A DNA stretch of 64,000 nt, taken from positions 32,001 to 96,000 of the IMG/VR virus record IMGVR_UViG_3300042317_000390; one strand, 5' to 3'. Source of the stretch: a virus. The position numbers were made by a program, and so were the translations under genes. Shown one piece after another: positions 8,023 to 17,040 of this stretch (position 1 is its first letter; each line of letters begins with the position of its first letter). The notes below the pieces were generated by a model that saw only the letters and a program-made list of their open reading frames with translations, did no database searches and was not told where the DNA came from.

Positions 8023-8712
8023 ATGGCTACACCAGCTTCCGGTCAAATATCATTTTCGCAGATAGCACAAATTGTTTATAATAATGCCAGCGCTACAGTT
8101 TCTTTTAATGATACTGACGTTAGAAAGTTATTGAATACAACTACTGATCTTAGTACAATATCATTCAGCGTTGCTTATAGCAAACCAGTAGCTAATTCTT
8201 ATTCATATACATCTGCCGGAGATTACACTCTTTTAATTCTACCATATCAGAACATAGACGTTGATGCTCGTGGCGGAGGTCAGGGTGGTAATGGTGGAAC
8301 GGGTTCAGATACTTGTACTGGATGGTGTGGACAATTATGCTTCTTTAACTATTGCTGTAACGGCAGAGGCGGTGCTGCAGGTGATTCAGGTGGTGATAGT
8401 TATTTCAGAGGCGACGGTAAAGATATAACAGCATATGCTGGAACTTCAAGTGGTGCAGGTGGTGGTTATGGTGGATCTGTAACTACAGGCGGCGGTGGAG
8501 CCGGTGGCACTTTGGGTTACGGTTTCGGATGTACTGGTAGCAACGGTAGTGCTGGTAATCCTGGTGGTAGAGTTACAAAGACTTATACAAAAGGTTCCGA
8601 TGGACCAGGATACACTACTTCTATAGCCATAAGAGTTGGTGGTGGTGGAGCCGGTGGATATAACGCCGGTGGAACTGGTGGTTCTGGCGCTGTATATGTA
8701 TCAATAAGATAA
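8023..8712 (+). CDS. Glycine-rich tail-fibre tip adhesin-like protein (gp38-like)
   Basis: N-terminus MATPASGQISFS..SFND.DVR.L, multiple GGxGG polyglycine runs, C-terminal GxSGAVYV. Confidence 0.6.
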   Translation: MATPASGQISFSQIAQIVYNNASATVSFNDTDVRKLLNTTTDLSTISFSVAYSKPVANSYSYTSAGDYTLLILPYQNIDVDARGGGQGGNGGTGSDTCTGWCGQLCFFNYCCNGRGGAAGDSGGDSYFRGDGKDITAYAGTSSGAGGGYGGSVTTGGGGAGGTLGYGFGCTGSNGSAGNPGGRVTKTYTKGSDGPGYTTSIAIRVGGGGAGGYNAGGTGGSGAVYVSIR

Positions 8713-8725
8713 TCGGAGAAATAAT

Positions 8726-9310
8726 ATGTCAGAACAACCATTATATCTTATGATTGATGAAGATGGTAAGCCAGCGTCTCATCCAATTATAGAACAAAAC
8801 CTAAGAGATATATTTGAAAATTTCTATGATAGAGATCCACCTAAAGGGTTTGTTAAGTTCGTAAAGACTCCCATGCCTCAGTTAGGGCCATACGAGAAAT
8901 ATGATTACTTGGAGTATGCTTATAGCCCAGAACTGTCAGAACAGTATAAACAACCAACTTGGCACGAAGTTCATCATATAGCTACAATAGAGAACGATGA
9001 ACGTAAGGATATTATCAAATCGTTTAAGAAACTAAATCCAGATCTTCAAGATTGGGTTTATGATGAAAACCTTAAATCACTAGTTCCACCAATTCCAAAG
9101 CCAGATGATGGTAAAGAATATCTATGGAACACAGACCATAAGGAGTGGATGGAAGCTAAGCCAGAAATGCACTTTGATAAAATGATAGAGGTTGCTAAAG
9201 AATTAGGTTATGATCTAGCAGCAGGTCTACATGGTAAGCCAAAAGGCGTAACTGAAGAAATGGTAAATGAGATCATTGCTCAGATACGAAAAGAAAATGT
9301 AAATGAGTGA
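8726..9310 (+). CDS. Tail-fibre-associated/assembly-like protein
   Basis: PPIPKPDDGKEYLWN..W motif typical of genes next to phage fibre genes. Confidence 0.5.
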   Translation: MSEQPLYLMIDEDGKPASHPIIEQNLRDIFENFYDRDPPKGFVKFVKTPMPQLGPYEKYDYLEYAYSPELSEQYKQPTWHEVHHIATIENDERKDIIKSFKKLNPDLQDWVYDENLKSLVPPIPKPDDGKEYLWNTDHKEWMEAKPEMHFDKMIEVAKELGYDLAAGLHGKPKGVTEEMVNEIIAQIRKENVNE

Positions 9311-9866
9311 AGCGTTCAAGTTATTAGGAACGATTGAGGTTGACTCTTTAGTTGGTAAAGTTAATAAAATCATAGAGAAGGGTTGGGAGAGTTATTGCTA
9401 CGATCCTGGCCCTCCTTGGAATGAAATGAACAAGATACAATCTCTGGATATGATTTTTTTATTCACTTATCCAGAGATAGATAATATAATAATGCAGAAT
9501 ATGATAGTTAATGAAGAGTTACTTGAATTATTCGATGAAGATATAAAGTTAATCAATACAATATACAATAATCACTATCCCAATCAAGAGCCTAAGAGAA
9601 TCACTCTCAGTAACATGAGAGCGCATTCGGTTATTCCCGCTCATATAGATTACAAATATCATTATGAGAACACAACGAGGGTTCATATCCCTATCATTAC
9701 AAACAAAAATGTAGTATTCACTTTTCCTTCCGTTGACAAAACTTTACATATGAAAGCTGGAGAAGTTACTTTGTTTAATAATAATATTTTACATTCAGGC
9801 GTTAACGATTCAGATGAGAATAGAATTCATCTGATAATCGACTATGCCGGGGATGAATACATCTAA
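9303..9866 (+). CDS. Aspartyl/asparaginyl beta-hydroxylase-like 2OG-Fe(II) oxygenase
   Basis: IPAHID..RVHIPIITN..F..HMKAGE..NN..HSGVN..RIHLIID (HxD..H..R). Confidence 0.85.
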   Translation: MSEAFKLLGTIEVDSLVGKVNKIIEKGWESYCYDPGPPWNEMNKIQSLDMIFLFTYPEIDNIIMQNMIVNEELLELFDEDIKLINTIYNNHYPNQEPKRITLSNMRAHSVIPAHIDYKYHYENTTRVHIPIITNKNVVFTFPSVDKTLHMKAGEVTLFNNNILHSGVNDSDENRIHLIIDYAGDEYI

Positions 9867-9873
9867 AAACATC

Positions 9874-9916
9874 TAGCTTTGTTATTCGCTTTCCTTTATT
9901 ATAAAATTATAAAGGA
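9874..9916 (+). promoter_or_regulatory. Early promoter with 8-bp dyad
   Basis: TAGCTT-N17-TATTAT; TCCTTTAT-N9-ATAAAGGA. Confidence 0.7.
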
Positions 9917-9923
9917 GCATCCT

Positions 9924-10196
9924 ATGCGTAATCTCACTATAACCAAGAAGATAAAATGCGAGTTTACTCCTAATCAATGGGAGTTACTCACTAATAAGTT
10001 TGACGATTCTGAACTTCGTCATGTTGTTAATGATCTAAACGAAGGTTTGGAGGTTTTGTTTAACAGCGGCGAGAGTAAAGCATTCACTCTAGGCGTTATG
10101 ATGGGCGAATTAAAAAAGTTTAAGCAGTATGGCGCTTATGACTCAGAGCCTATGTATTTTCTTGAGCGTGTCGTAAACGAAATCTATGGAGAATAA
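9924..10196 (+). CDS. Hypothetical early protein
   Basis: AAGGAG RBS, ATG at 9924. Confidence 0.7.
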   Translation: MRNLTITKKIKCEFTPNQWELLTNKFDDSELRHVVNDLNEGLEVLFNSGESKAFTLGVMMGELKKFKQYGAYDSEPMYFLERVVNEIYGE

Positions 10197-10198
10197 CT

Positions 10199-10747
10199 AT
10201 GCCTAATTGGTGCTGGAATAGCGTAACCTTTACGCATAAAGATCCTGCTATGCTTCAACGCTTCGTTAAAGCGTCAGAGACAGGTATTCTTCAGGAGTTT
10301 GTTCCTTGCCCAGATGAACTCATAGAAGCAAAGGCAGACTTTACACCTAAACCAGATCTTATGGAGAAGTATGGTTATAACGACTGGTATGATTGGCGAT
10401 TAGCCAACTGGGGAACGAAGTGGGACTTTACTTGCGACGCAGAACTTAATGGAGATACTATCTCTACTGGGTTTGATACTGCTTGGGCACCGCCCATCGC
10501 AGCATATCGCACGTTAGAAGAAATGGGTTTCGAGATCGAAGCATACTACCACGAACCAGGTATGGGTTTCGCAGGTAAGTATGAGTTTGGCGAAGAAGAA
10601 TATTGTGAGTATGATTTCTCCGATGATAATTGGAGAGATACGATGTCCGATGATGTTGCAGATATGTTAGAGTCAGAGTATGACTTTTATCTGCAAATGA
10701 AGGCGGAAGAAGAAGCTGAAGAAGCTGAAGCGAAGAAGGAAGATTGA
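10199..10747 (+). CDS. YubB/DUF1281 ferredoxin-like domain protein
   Basis: MPNWC.N, WYDWRLANWGTKWD, FDTAWAPP, YHEPGMGF.G. Confidence 0.8.
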   Translation: MPNWCWNSVTFTHKDPAMLQRFVKASETGILQEFVPCPDELIEAKADFTPKPDLMEKYGYNDWYDWRLANWGTKWDFTCDAELNGDTISTGFDTAWAPPIAAYRTLEEMGFEIEAYYHEPGMGFAGKYEFGEEEYCEYDFSDDNWRDTMSDDVADMLESEYDFYLQMKAEEEAEEAEAKKED

Positions 10748-10748
10748 T

Positions 10749-11033
10749 ATGGATATAGATGAAAAGACAGAAGCTATGCACGTTCTCATGGACAAAGCTT
10801 TTGAAGAGATTAGTAACACGTATCTTAAATTTGGCGAGTCAATGAAACCCTTTTACGAGGATGATCCGTTTCTTCATATCTATGCCACTTACAAGGGCAT
10901 GCAGACTATCTTTGCTAGAACAGAATCTGAAATGAAGAACGCAGTGAAAGAGAAGGTTGGTATTGACTATATCTCTATGTTCGATAAGCAATACGAAGAA
11001 GCCAAAGATGTGGATGGATTGACTCCTCAGTAA
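10749..11033 (+). CDS. Hypothetical protein
   Basis: ORF. Confidence 0.6.
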   Translation: MDIDEKTEAMHVLMDKAFEEISNTYLKFGESMKPFYEDDPFLHIYATYKGMQTIFARTESEMKNAVKEKVGIDYISMFDKQYEEAKDVDGLTPQ

Positions 11034-11057
11034 CAAGATAGGTTAAGGTGGATAGTA

Positions 11058-11086
11058 TTTACTTCCATCTGCCTTAACCTTATTAT
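11058..11086 (+). promoter_or_regulatory. Early promoter
   Basis: TTTACT-N17-TATTAT; the -35 lies in the loop of an AGGTTAAGG/CCTTAACCT inverted repeat. Confidence 0.7.
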
Positions 11087-11111
11087 AAAATCGTCTAATA
11101 GGAGATTGACT

Positions 11112-11537
11112 ATGTCTACACGTTCAGCCATAGGTATTCTTAGTGACGATGGTAGAGTGCTTGCTATCTACTGTCACTGGGATGGTTATCTTTCCCATAA
11201 TGGAAAGATGCTACAGCATCACTATAACTCACTATCCAGAGCCAAGAAGTTATTGAGTTATGGTAATGCTAGTTTTATTGCTCCCGAATTAGGTCGTAAA
11301 CATAACTTCGACAAGGCATCTACGCATCATCCTGACTGGTGCTGTTTCTATGCTCGTGATCGAAACGAGACAGATCAGCAAGCCAAGTCGTTTGATACGA
11401 CTAAAGAGTTTGAAGATCATTACGACTGGTCTGAGTATTATTATCTGTTTACTAACGGTAAATGGGTATACAAACGATCAAGAGACGAGATATATCACGA
11501 TCTAGCAACTGCACTAAATCAAGTAGAAGCAGCTTAG
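11112..11537 (+). CDS. Conserved phage early protein (MSTRS.IG..IYCHWDGY family)
   Basis: Characteristic N-terminal motif. Confidence 0.75.
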   Translation: MSTRSAIGILSDDGRVLAIYCHWDGYLSHNGKMLQHHYNSLSRAKKLLSYGNASFIAPELGRKHNFDKASTHHPDWCCFYARDRNETDQQAKSFDTTKEFEDHYDWSEYYYLFTNGKWVYKRSRDEIYHDLATALNQVEAA

Positions 11538-11550
11538 ATCGGAGAATATC

Positions 11551-12312
11551 ATGACGCATGAAACGGATGAGGCGATTGAACGTCGCCTCAAAGAACGATT
11601 TGACGTTCTAGATCATATGACGGAAGCATCTATATTAGGTAGCGTCCGTTCATTCATAGTATCTGGTGCTCCAGGCTTGGGTAAAAGCTATAGCATCGAA
11701 AAAAAGCTAATGAAATATGATCCTGATAGACTAGCTCATACCATAGTCAAGGGACACGCTAAAGCTGGCGGTATATTTCCTATTCTATATGACTATCGTC
11801 ATGAGGGTCAAGTGGTTGTATTTGACGATGCTGACGGTATATTCGAGGATTCCGTATCTTTGAATATTCTAAAGACAGCTACCGATACAACTTCAACTAG
11901 ACACATTAGTTGGGCATCAAAGACAAAGTTCCTTGATAGCAACGATGAGGTTATACCACGTTCGTTCATCTACGAAGGAACTATTATTTTTCTAACCAAT
12001 CTAGACTTCAACGCCATAATAAGCTATGGTCATAAACTAGCACCACATCTTGAAGCTTTGATGTCTCGTAGTTATTATATTGATATGACTATGCGGACTC
12101 AGCAAGAGTGTTTGGTTAGAATAAGACAGGTAATCAAGGAAGGTTTGCTAGACGATCTGTCCGGTAATGAGATGATTGATGTGGTGACCTTCATTGAGAC
12201 CAACTATGCGACCATGCGCGAGTTATCATTACGTAGTGTAGTCAAGCTTGTTAACTTGCGTAAGAGTTCGCCAGATTGGTATTCAATCGCTAAGATTAGC
12301 TTATGCAAATAG
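11551..12312 (+). CDS. P-loop AAA+ ATPase
   Basis: Walker A GAPGLGKS, Walker B VVFDDAD. Confidence 0.85.
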   Translation: MTHETDEAIERRLKERFDVLDHMTEASILGSVRSFIVSGAPGLGKSYSIEKKLMKYDPDRLAHTIVKGHAKAGGIFPILYDYRHEGQVVVFDDADGIFEDSVSLNILKTATDTTSTRHISWASKTKFLDSNDEVIPRSFIYEGTIIFLTNLDFNAIISYGHKLAPHLEALMSRSYYIDMTMRTQQECLVRIRQVIKEGLLDDLSGNEMIDVVTFIETNYATMRELSLRSVVKLVNLRKSSPDWYSIAKISLCK

Positions 12313-12321
12313 GAGATTGGT

Positions 12322-12759
12322 ATGGATTGTTATATTGTAGATATAGATGGGACGATAGCTAATACCGAGCATCGCATCCATTACATTACTAACGGTCATA
12401 AAGACTGGAAGTCATGGCATGCTAACGCTCATAAAGATGAGCCTATTGATGAAGTAGTTCAGATTCTTGACTTAGCTTCTGCTGCTGGTATTAAGATTGT
12501 TCTATGCACTGCTAGAGACGAAAAGTGTAGAGAAGATACGCTTAAATGGTTAGATGACAATGATATTCCATTCGACGCACTGTATATGCGTAAACAGTGG
12601 GATCGTCGTGACGATGACATCGTTAAGTTTGAATTACTAGAGCAGATCTATGAAGCAGGTTACAATCCTATCTTGGTATTGGAAGATCGTAACCGTGTAG
12701 TTAAGATGTGGCGGTCAGCGGGTCTGCGTTGCCTACAGGTGGCTGACGGCGACTTTTAG
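12322..12759 (+). CDS. HAD-family phosphatase (PseT/PNK 3'-phosphatase-like)
   Basis: DIDGT, TAR, K, EDR..VV.MWR.AGL.CLQV. Confidence 0.85.
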   Translation: MDCYIVDIDGTIANTEHRIHYITNGHKDWKSWHANAHKDEPIDEVVQILDLASAAGIKIVLCTARDEKCREDTLKWLDDNDIPFDALYMRKQWDRRDDDIVKFELLEQIYEAGYNPILVLEDRNRVVKMWRSAGLRCLQVADGDF

Positions 12760-12761
12760 CT

Positions 12762-12803
12762 TTTAATGTTACGGTGTATTAGTTATAATTAAAATATAAC
12801 TAA
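12762..12803 (+). promoter_or_regulatory. Early promoter with 9-bp dyad
   Basis: TTTAAT..TATAAT; TTAGTTATA-N7-TATAACTAA. Confidence 0.7.
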
Positions 12804-12815
12804 AGGAGAGTCGTC

Positions 12816-13040
12816 ATGTTCAACTGGCTTTTTGGTAAGAACTACGAAGTTGAAATCGCTGATCTTAACCGTGTGATTACTAGCTTACAGAAGCAGGTTA
12901 ATAACATGGAGAAGCTGCTCAATGACATTGATGTTCCGAGTGAGGTTGAGACAGCTATCTCCAACGCCGATATTGATAGCTTGGCTGAGAACGCTCTCGA
13001 AGAAGCTATGAATCGTGCTACCATTCGGTTCCGTTACTAA
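12816..13040 (+). CDS. Hypothetical coiled-coil protein
   Basis: ORF with RBS. Confidence 0.65.
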   Translation: MFNWLFGKNYEVEIADLNRVITSLQKQVNNMEKLLNDIDVPSEVETAISNADIDSLAENALEEAMNRATIRFRY

Positions 13041-13052
13041 TAGGAGCCTAAC

Positions 13053-13262
13053 ATGATCTACGATGAGGTTATGACTCAATTAGATAGGTCAACCAGAGAG
13101 ATAGTAGACGGCCAGAGTAAACCATATGCTTATGCTCTTGGTTATACTCAGTCTATGCTTGCTCGTATTATATCCGTGCATGTTCCTAAGTCTAAACATA
13201 AGAAGATTATAGAACAACTGAAAGAAGAAGTGGAAACTATACAACGTGCTACGAGAACTTAA
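13053..13262 (+). CDS. Hypothetical protein
   Basis: ORF with RBS. Confidence 0.65.
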   Translation: MIYDEVMTQLDRSTREIVDGQSKPYAYALGYTQSMLARIISVHVPKSKHKKIIEQLKEEVETIQRATRT

Positions 13263-13484
13263 GTATGCGTGGTGGTTATTACTCCCTATAGCCTCACTCT
13301 ATCTAGCAATCAACTATACTGGAGACTACAATGCTGACGAAAGAGATCATCTTCGAAGATTTCAGAAAACTGAAGACTTCTGAGGAGAAAGTGAACTATC
13401 TTCGCTGGCTTCAGGATCAGAAGACAGGACTACAGATCAACTATGATAAGTTGATTGAGTATTGGTCTAACCAGAAGTAACAGT

Positions 13485-13528
13485 TAGTATGTTACTCTTG
13501 ATTACGTTATTATAATAATATAACGTAA
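13485..13528 (+). promoter_or_regulatory. Early promoter with 9-bp dyad
   Basis: TAGTAT-N17-TATTAT; TTACGTTAT-N9-ATAACGTAA. Confidence 0.75.
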
Positions 13529-13900
13529 GGAGAACATTATGCAACGAGCAATGATTCACGAACGAGACTACGACCAAGCATCATCTGTTGTCGGTTATGA
13601 TATCGACATCAAGTGGCGTGAGGGTCATTTCGTTCTGATTAACTTAACTGACGCTGAGATCGAAGCCATTGCTCGTGCCAGCATCTGGGTGGAGGAATAA
13701 TATGTATCAGTATTATGCTATTCTTCGTGATAACGAGTATATCCTTTCCACTGTTAAGCGTTACGATAAGGACGCAGAGCAGCATATCAATCGTCAGTTG
13801 ATGCTATGGGGTCATCATTATCCTAATAGCAATCTTCGTGTTATTAAACTCAGGAAGCGTGCTGACGCTACCGATAACACTGCTTGGGTGGAGGCTTAAG

Positions 13901-14191
13901 ATGGGCTCTAGTAACTTCTATCACGTTTCGTCTGCTAACGACGCCAAACAGGCGTTCACTAAAGCACGTGACGAAGCACTATACGATCACGGACACTCTG
14001 GCTATTCAGGAACGATAGCAGAGAAAGGTAAATTTGTTATCATCCCAGTCCCACAAGGAACTAATCCATACGACTATGCTAATAAACTAATGGAAGAAGA
14101 TGACCCACGTATCTCTGATAAATGGGGTCCAGCTGGTTGTATTGAGGTAGAGAAGGGTAAGTATCTGTTTTTCGGTTGGGCTTCCAGCTAA
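13901..14191 (+). CDS. Conserved phage hypothetical protein (GHSGYSGTIAEK..KWGPAGC..FFGWASS)
   Basis: Common phage early motif; GGAGG RBS. Confidence 0.75.
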   Translation: MGSSNFYHVSSANDAKQAFTKARDEALYDHGHSGYSGTIAEKGKFVIIPVPQGTNPYDYANKLMEEDDPRISDKWGPAGCIEVEKGKYLFFGWASS

Positions 14192-14269
14192 AAAACAATT
14201 TTACTTTTCTTCTGCTTTAGAGTAGAGTCGTTGGGTAGCTACGAAGGCCATAACAATAGGAGTTCTCCA

Positions 14270-14563
14270 ATGGCTTTGAAGACTAAGGTAAAGTTTGTCG
14301 CTGAAATGGTTCGGGACAATCCTGAGAGCAGCCGTGAGACGATCATCAATAAGATCGCTCGTCATCCGATTGCTTACCGTGGTAAGAAGTTCACGAAGCG
14401 CACTGCGGCTCGTTATTATTGGTATGTTACGACCAAGATGGATCAGACGACCAATAAGAACTCACGCCTGGTTTCGTTGTATTTCCGTAAGAACACTGAC
14501 AAGTATGAGCGTCTTGCTTATGCTATCAATGTCCTCACGAAGGCTGGCATCCTGAACGACTAA
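14270..14563 (+). CDS. Basic, putative DNA-binding early protein (own promoter and terminator)
   Basis: TTTACT-N17-TAGAGT at 14200-14228; K/R-rich; host-like codons. Confidence 0.65.
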   Translation: MALKTKVKFVAEMVRDNPESSRETIINKIARHPIAYRGKKFTKRTAARYYWYVTTKMDQTTNKNSRLVSLYFRKNTDKYERLAYAINVLTKAGILND

Positions 14564-14596
14564 TACAAGGCGTTCATTGTTTCTCCCTGAGACTTG

Positions 14597-14630
14597 ACGG
14601 CTCGACTTAACGGTTGAGCCGTTCTTTTTT
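14597..14630 (+). terminator. Rho-independent terminator
   Basis: ACGGCTCGAC/GTTGAGCCGT stem plus T-tract. Confidence 0.8.
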
Positions 14631-14633
14631 CTC

Positions 14634-14662
14634 TTTAATGTTACTCTTGATTCCTTTATTAT
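14634..14662 (+). promoter_or_regulatory. Early promoter
   Basis: TTTAAT-N17-TATTAT; spacer nearly identical to the 13.5 kb promoter (gttactcttgatt). Confidence 0.75.
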
Positions 14663-14686
14663 TATAATATAGAAAAGGAGAGTGTC

Positions 14687-15094
14687 ATGGGACTAGATAT
14701 GTCGCTTTATGGTGAGATCCATAACTACGGTATTGGTGATGATAAGCCTATGCTTGACGGTTATCCTCTAACAAAGCAAACAGTTGAGCTTTCGTATTGG
14801 CGTAAGCATCCCAACCTTCACGGTTATATCGTAAACACCTTCGCTGGTGGCGAAGATGAGTGTCAGCGTATTGAACTAGTTGATAGTGACCTAGAAAATA
14901 TCATCGAAGCTATCAAAAATGATAAGCTACCGTTCACTGAAGGTTTCTTCTTCGGTCGTTCACCTCAGAAGGGCGAATCAGAATACGAAGAAATGAAAGA
15001 GTATGATCTTGAAGTATTCAGGAAAGCACGTAAGTGGCTTGCTACGCATAACGACAAACAGTTTCGGAGTGTAGTATATCAATCTTCTTGGTAA
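14687..15094 (+). CDS. Conserved phage protein (MGLDM..YWRKH..LHG family)
   Basis: MGLDMSL, YWRKHPNLHGYI, GFFFG, YQSSW. Confidence 0.75.
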   Translation: MGLDMSLYGEIHNYGIGDDKPMLDGYPLTKQTVELSYWRKHPNLHGYIVNTFAGGEDECQRIELVDSDLENIIEAIKNDKLPFTEGFFFGRSPQKGESEYEEMKEYDLEVFRKARKWLATHNDKQFRSVVYQSSW

Positions 15095-15106
15095 TAGGAG
15101 AGCGAC

Positions 15107-15799
15107 ATGGCTTGTCAGGGTGGAACTGTTAGAATGGTTAAGCCCTACCAAATTATTCATCGCGCAGCATTCGTGCGTGGGTTTAAGGAGGTATTGAATG
15201 GCATCCCGATGGACTACGATGTTTATTGTGACGAACGTAGAGATCGTGAGAGCTATGAGCGTGGTCGTCTATTTGGTATGGTATACCGAGGACCATTGAA
15301 AGATGGTAAGATAGTAACATACCAAGCTCAAGTAGCATTGAATGATGCTTTCAATATGGGAGCAGTGATATGACTTTCGATGAAGTTCTCAAGGTCTTGC
15401 GTAATAGTGAGATTGATGATAGAGTGAAATTCACTCATGGCGACATGGCTGGATACTTTGTCAAGAGTTTATATGGTGAGTTTATCTATCATTTTGATGG
15501 TCGGTCATCAGAATATGTAAACTTCTTCCTATCTGACTTTGATCGTGACGATTGGGAGATATTACCCTGATCGAATGTTTCCCTTATAATAAAGAATAAG
15601 GAGAATTATGATGGCTATCAAACGTATCATCGTTGAAGTTGAAGGTGGCGTAGTCCAGACCGTATATGGCGATAAGCTGCCGGACAACATTGAACTCGAC
15701 GTTGTCGTTAGAGACTGGGATAACATCAAAGCTGGTGACCCAGATCCTCTCGCCGAGGAAGAGCAGAAAGAATCTGACTCAATGATTACCTATTGGTAG
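15107..15799 (+). CDS. Three small hypothetical ORFs (15107-15373, 15370-15570, 15608-15799)
   Basis: ORFs with RBSs; promoter with CCTTAT/ATAAGG dyad at 15582-15601. Confidence 0.6.
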
Positions 15800-15808
15800 G
15801 AGACTATT

Positions 15809-16327
15809 ATGAATAAGGACACTATCATCGCCGCTCTCAAGCTTAGTCCTCATACTATTATCTTTAAGAAGATGGATGGGACTATTCGTAAAATGCGTTG
15901 CACTCTTGATCCTTTTAGCGTTAAGGATCAGCCAGAGCAGCGTGTTCCCGAGAATGTTATCGCTTGGGACTTAGACGCCGATGACTGGCGACAGTTCCGT
16001 GCTTCTAACGTCCAGACGATGATCGGAGACTGTAATAGCGTTGATGCGATCAAGAAGGATATACAGTCTCGTGTATACAAGACTTGGATAATGCTTGTTA
16101 ATAAAGAAGCAGATCGGCTATCCAAGGCATACGATGACTTCAATCGTGTTATGACTAGTATGGACGATGATGTTCTCAACTATATCATCTTCTGGAACAA
16201 CGGATTTAGCGGAGCAAGTGAGTGCGACGTAGCGCATATGGCTCGTCGTGAACTAGCGGCTCGTGGTAAACCATATAACGACGAACTATCCAGCGCTCTC
16301 AATGAGCTTCTTGAGGATTATCATTAA
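15809..16327 (+). CDS. WYL_2/SH3-barrel domain protein
   Basis: FKKMDGTIRKMRCTL..WDLDADDWRQFR. Confidence 0.75.
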   Translation: MNKDTIIAALKLSPHTIIFKKMDGTIRKMRCTLDPFSVKDQPEQRVPENVIAWDLDADDWRQFRASNVQTMIGDCNSVDAIKKDIQSRVYKTWIMLVNKEADRLSKAYDDFNRVMTSMDDDVLNYIIFWNNGFSGASECDVAHMARRELAARGKPYNDELSSALNELLEDYH

Positions 16328-16333
16328 TAAAAT

Positions 16334-16381
16334 ATTTACTTTTCACTCTGTATTAGATATAATATAAGAGTAAAAGTAAAT
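16334..16381 (+). promoter_or_regulatory. Early promoter enclosed by a 15-bp inverted repeat
   Basis: TTTACT-N17-TATAAT; arms ATTTACTTTT(C)ACTCT and AGAGTAAAAGTAAAT. Confidence 0.75.
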
Positions 16382-16603
16382 GCTTCACTCCAATCGGAGG
16401 TTATCATGCGTTACGTTATCATGTCTACTTCAGAGATCATCCTGTGGCTTATGTTCTTCTTTGTTATGGGTAGAACATTAGCTGTTTGGGTATCATAGGA
16501 GGTTTAATGCTAGAAGGTGTTATGTATTATATGGCTGTGATTGAATTAATCACCCTAGCGTTAGTCTTTTGGCTCATATACATGTCGAACTTTGGGGTAT
16601 AAT

Positions 16604-16795
16604 ATGGGCTATTATCGTAACGCTACAGCTGAGAGAAGCAAGCGTATGGCTGAGTTATATGATAAGGGTTATACCACCACTGAGATCGCAGAGCGATTTG
16701 GTATAACCAGTGGTCATATAAAGAGGACTATTAACAATTACAAAAGGAAGCTTGAGAATGAAAAAGCTAAAGGATGTGTTCTTCAAGGTCAATGA
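16604..16795 (+). CDS. Small helix-turn-helix protein
   Basis: GYTTTEIAERFGITSGHIKR. Confidence 0.7.
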   Translation: MGYYRNATAERSKRMAELYDKGYTTTEIAERFGITSGHIKRTINNYKRKLENEKAKGCVLQGQ

Positions 16796-16959
16796 TAACG
16801 TCTCCATTTACCGTTATGATAACGGGTTTATGGTAGAGATTGGTGGTCGTGACCTATCGGATGAGTGGATCAACAAGAAGTTCGTGGCTAACACTCTGGA
16901 TGAGGTTATTGAGGTCATCAAGGACTATAATACTCTCCCTCTGGCCGAATAACAACCAT

Positions 16960-16983
16960 GGTGGCTTCGGTCACCCTTTTTTT
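16960..16983 (+). terminator. Terminator with UUCG loop
   Basis: GGTGGC-TTCG-GTCACC plus T-tract. Confidence 0.8.
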
Positions 16984-16986
16984 ATC

Positions 16987-17022
16987 TTTACTGTTAGCTA
17001 TGTTTTCTTTATAATAAGAAAA
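16987..17022 (+). promoter_or_regulatory. Early promoter with the -10 in a dyad loop
   Basis: TTTACT-N17-TATAAT; TTTTCTT-TATAAT-AAGAAAA. Confidence 0.75.
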
Positions 17023-17040
17023 TAGAGAAAGGAGATCGTC

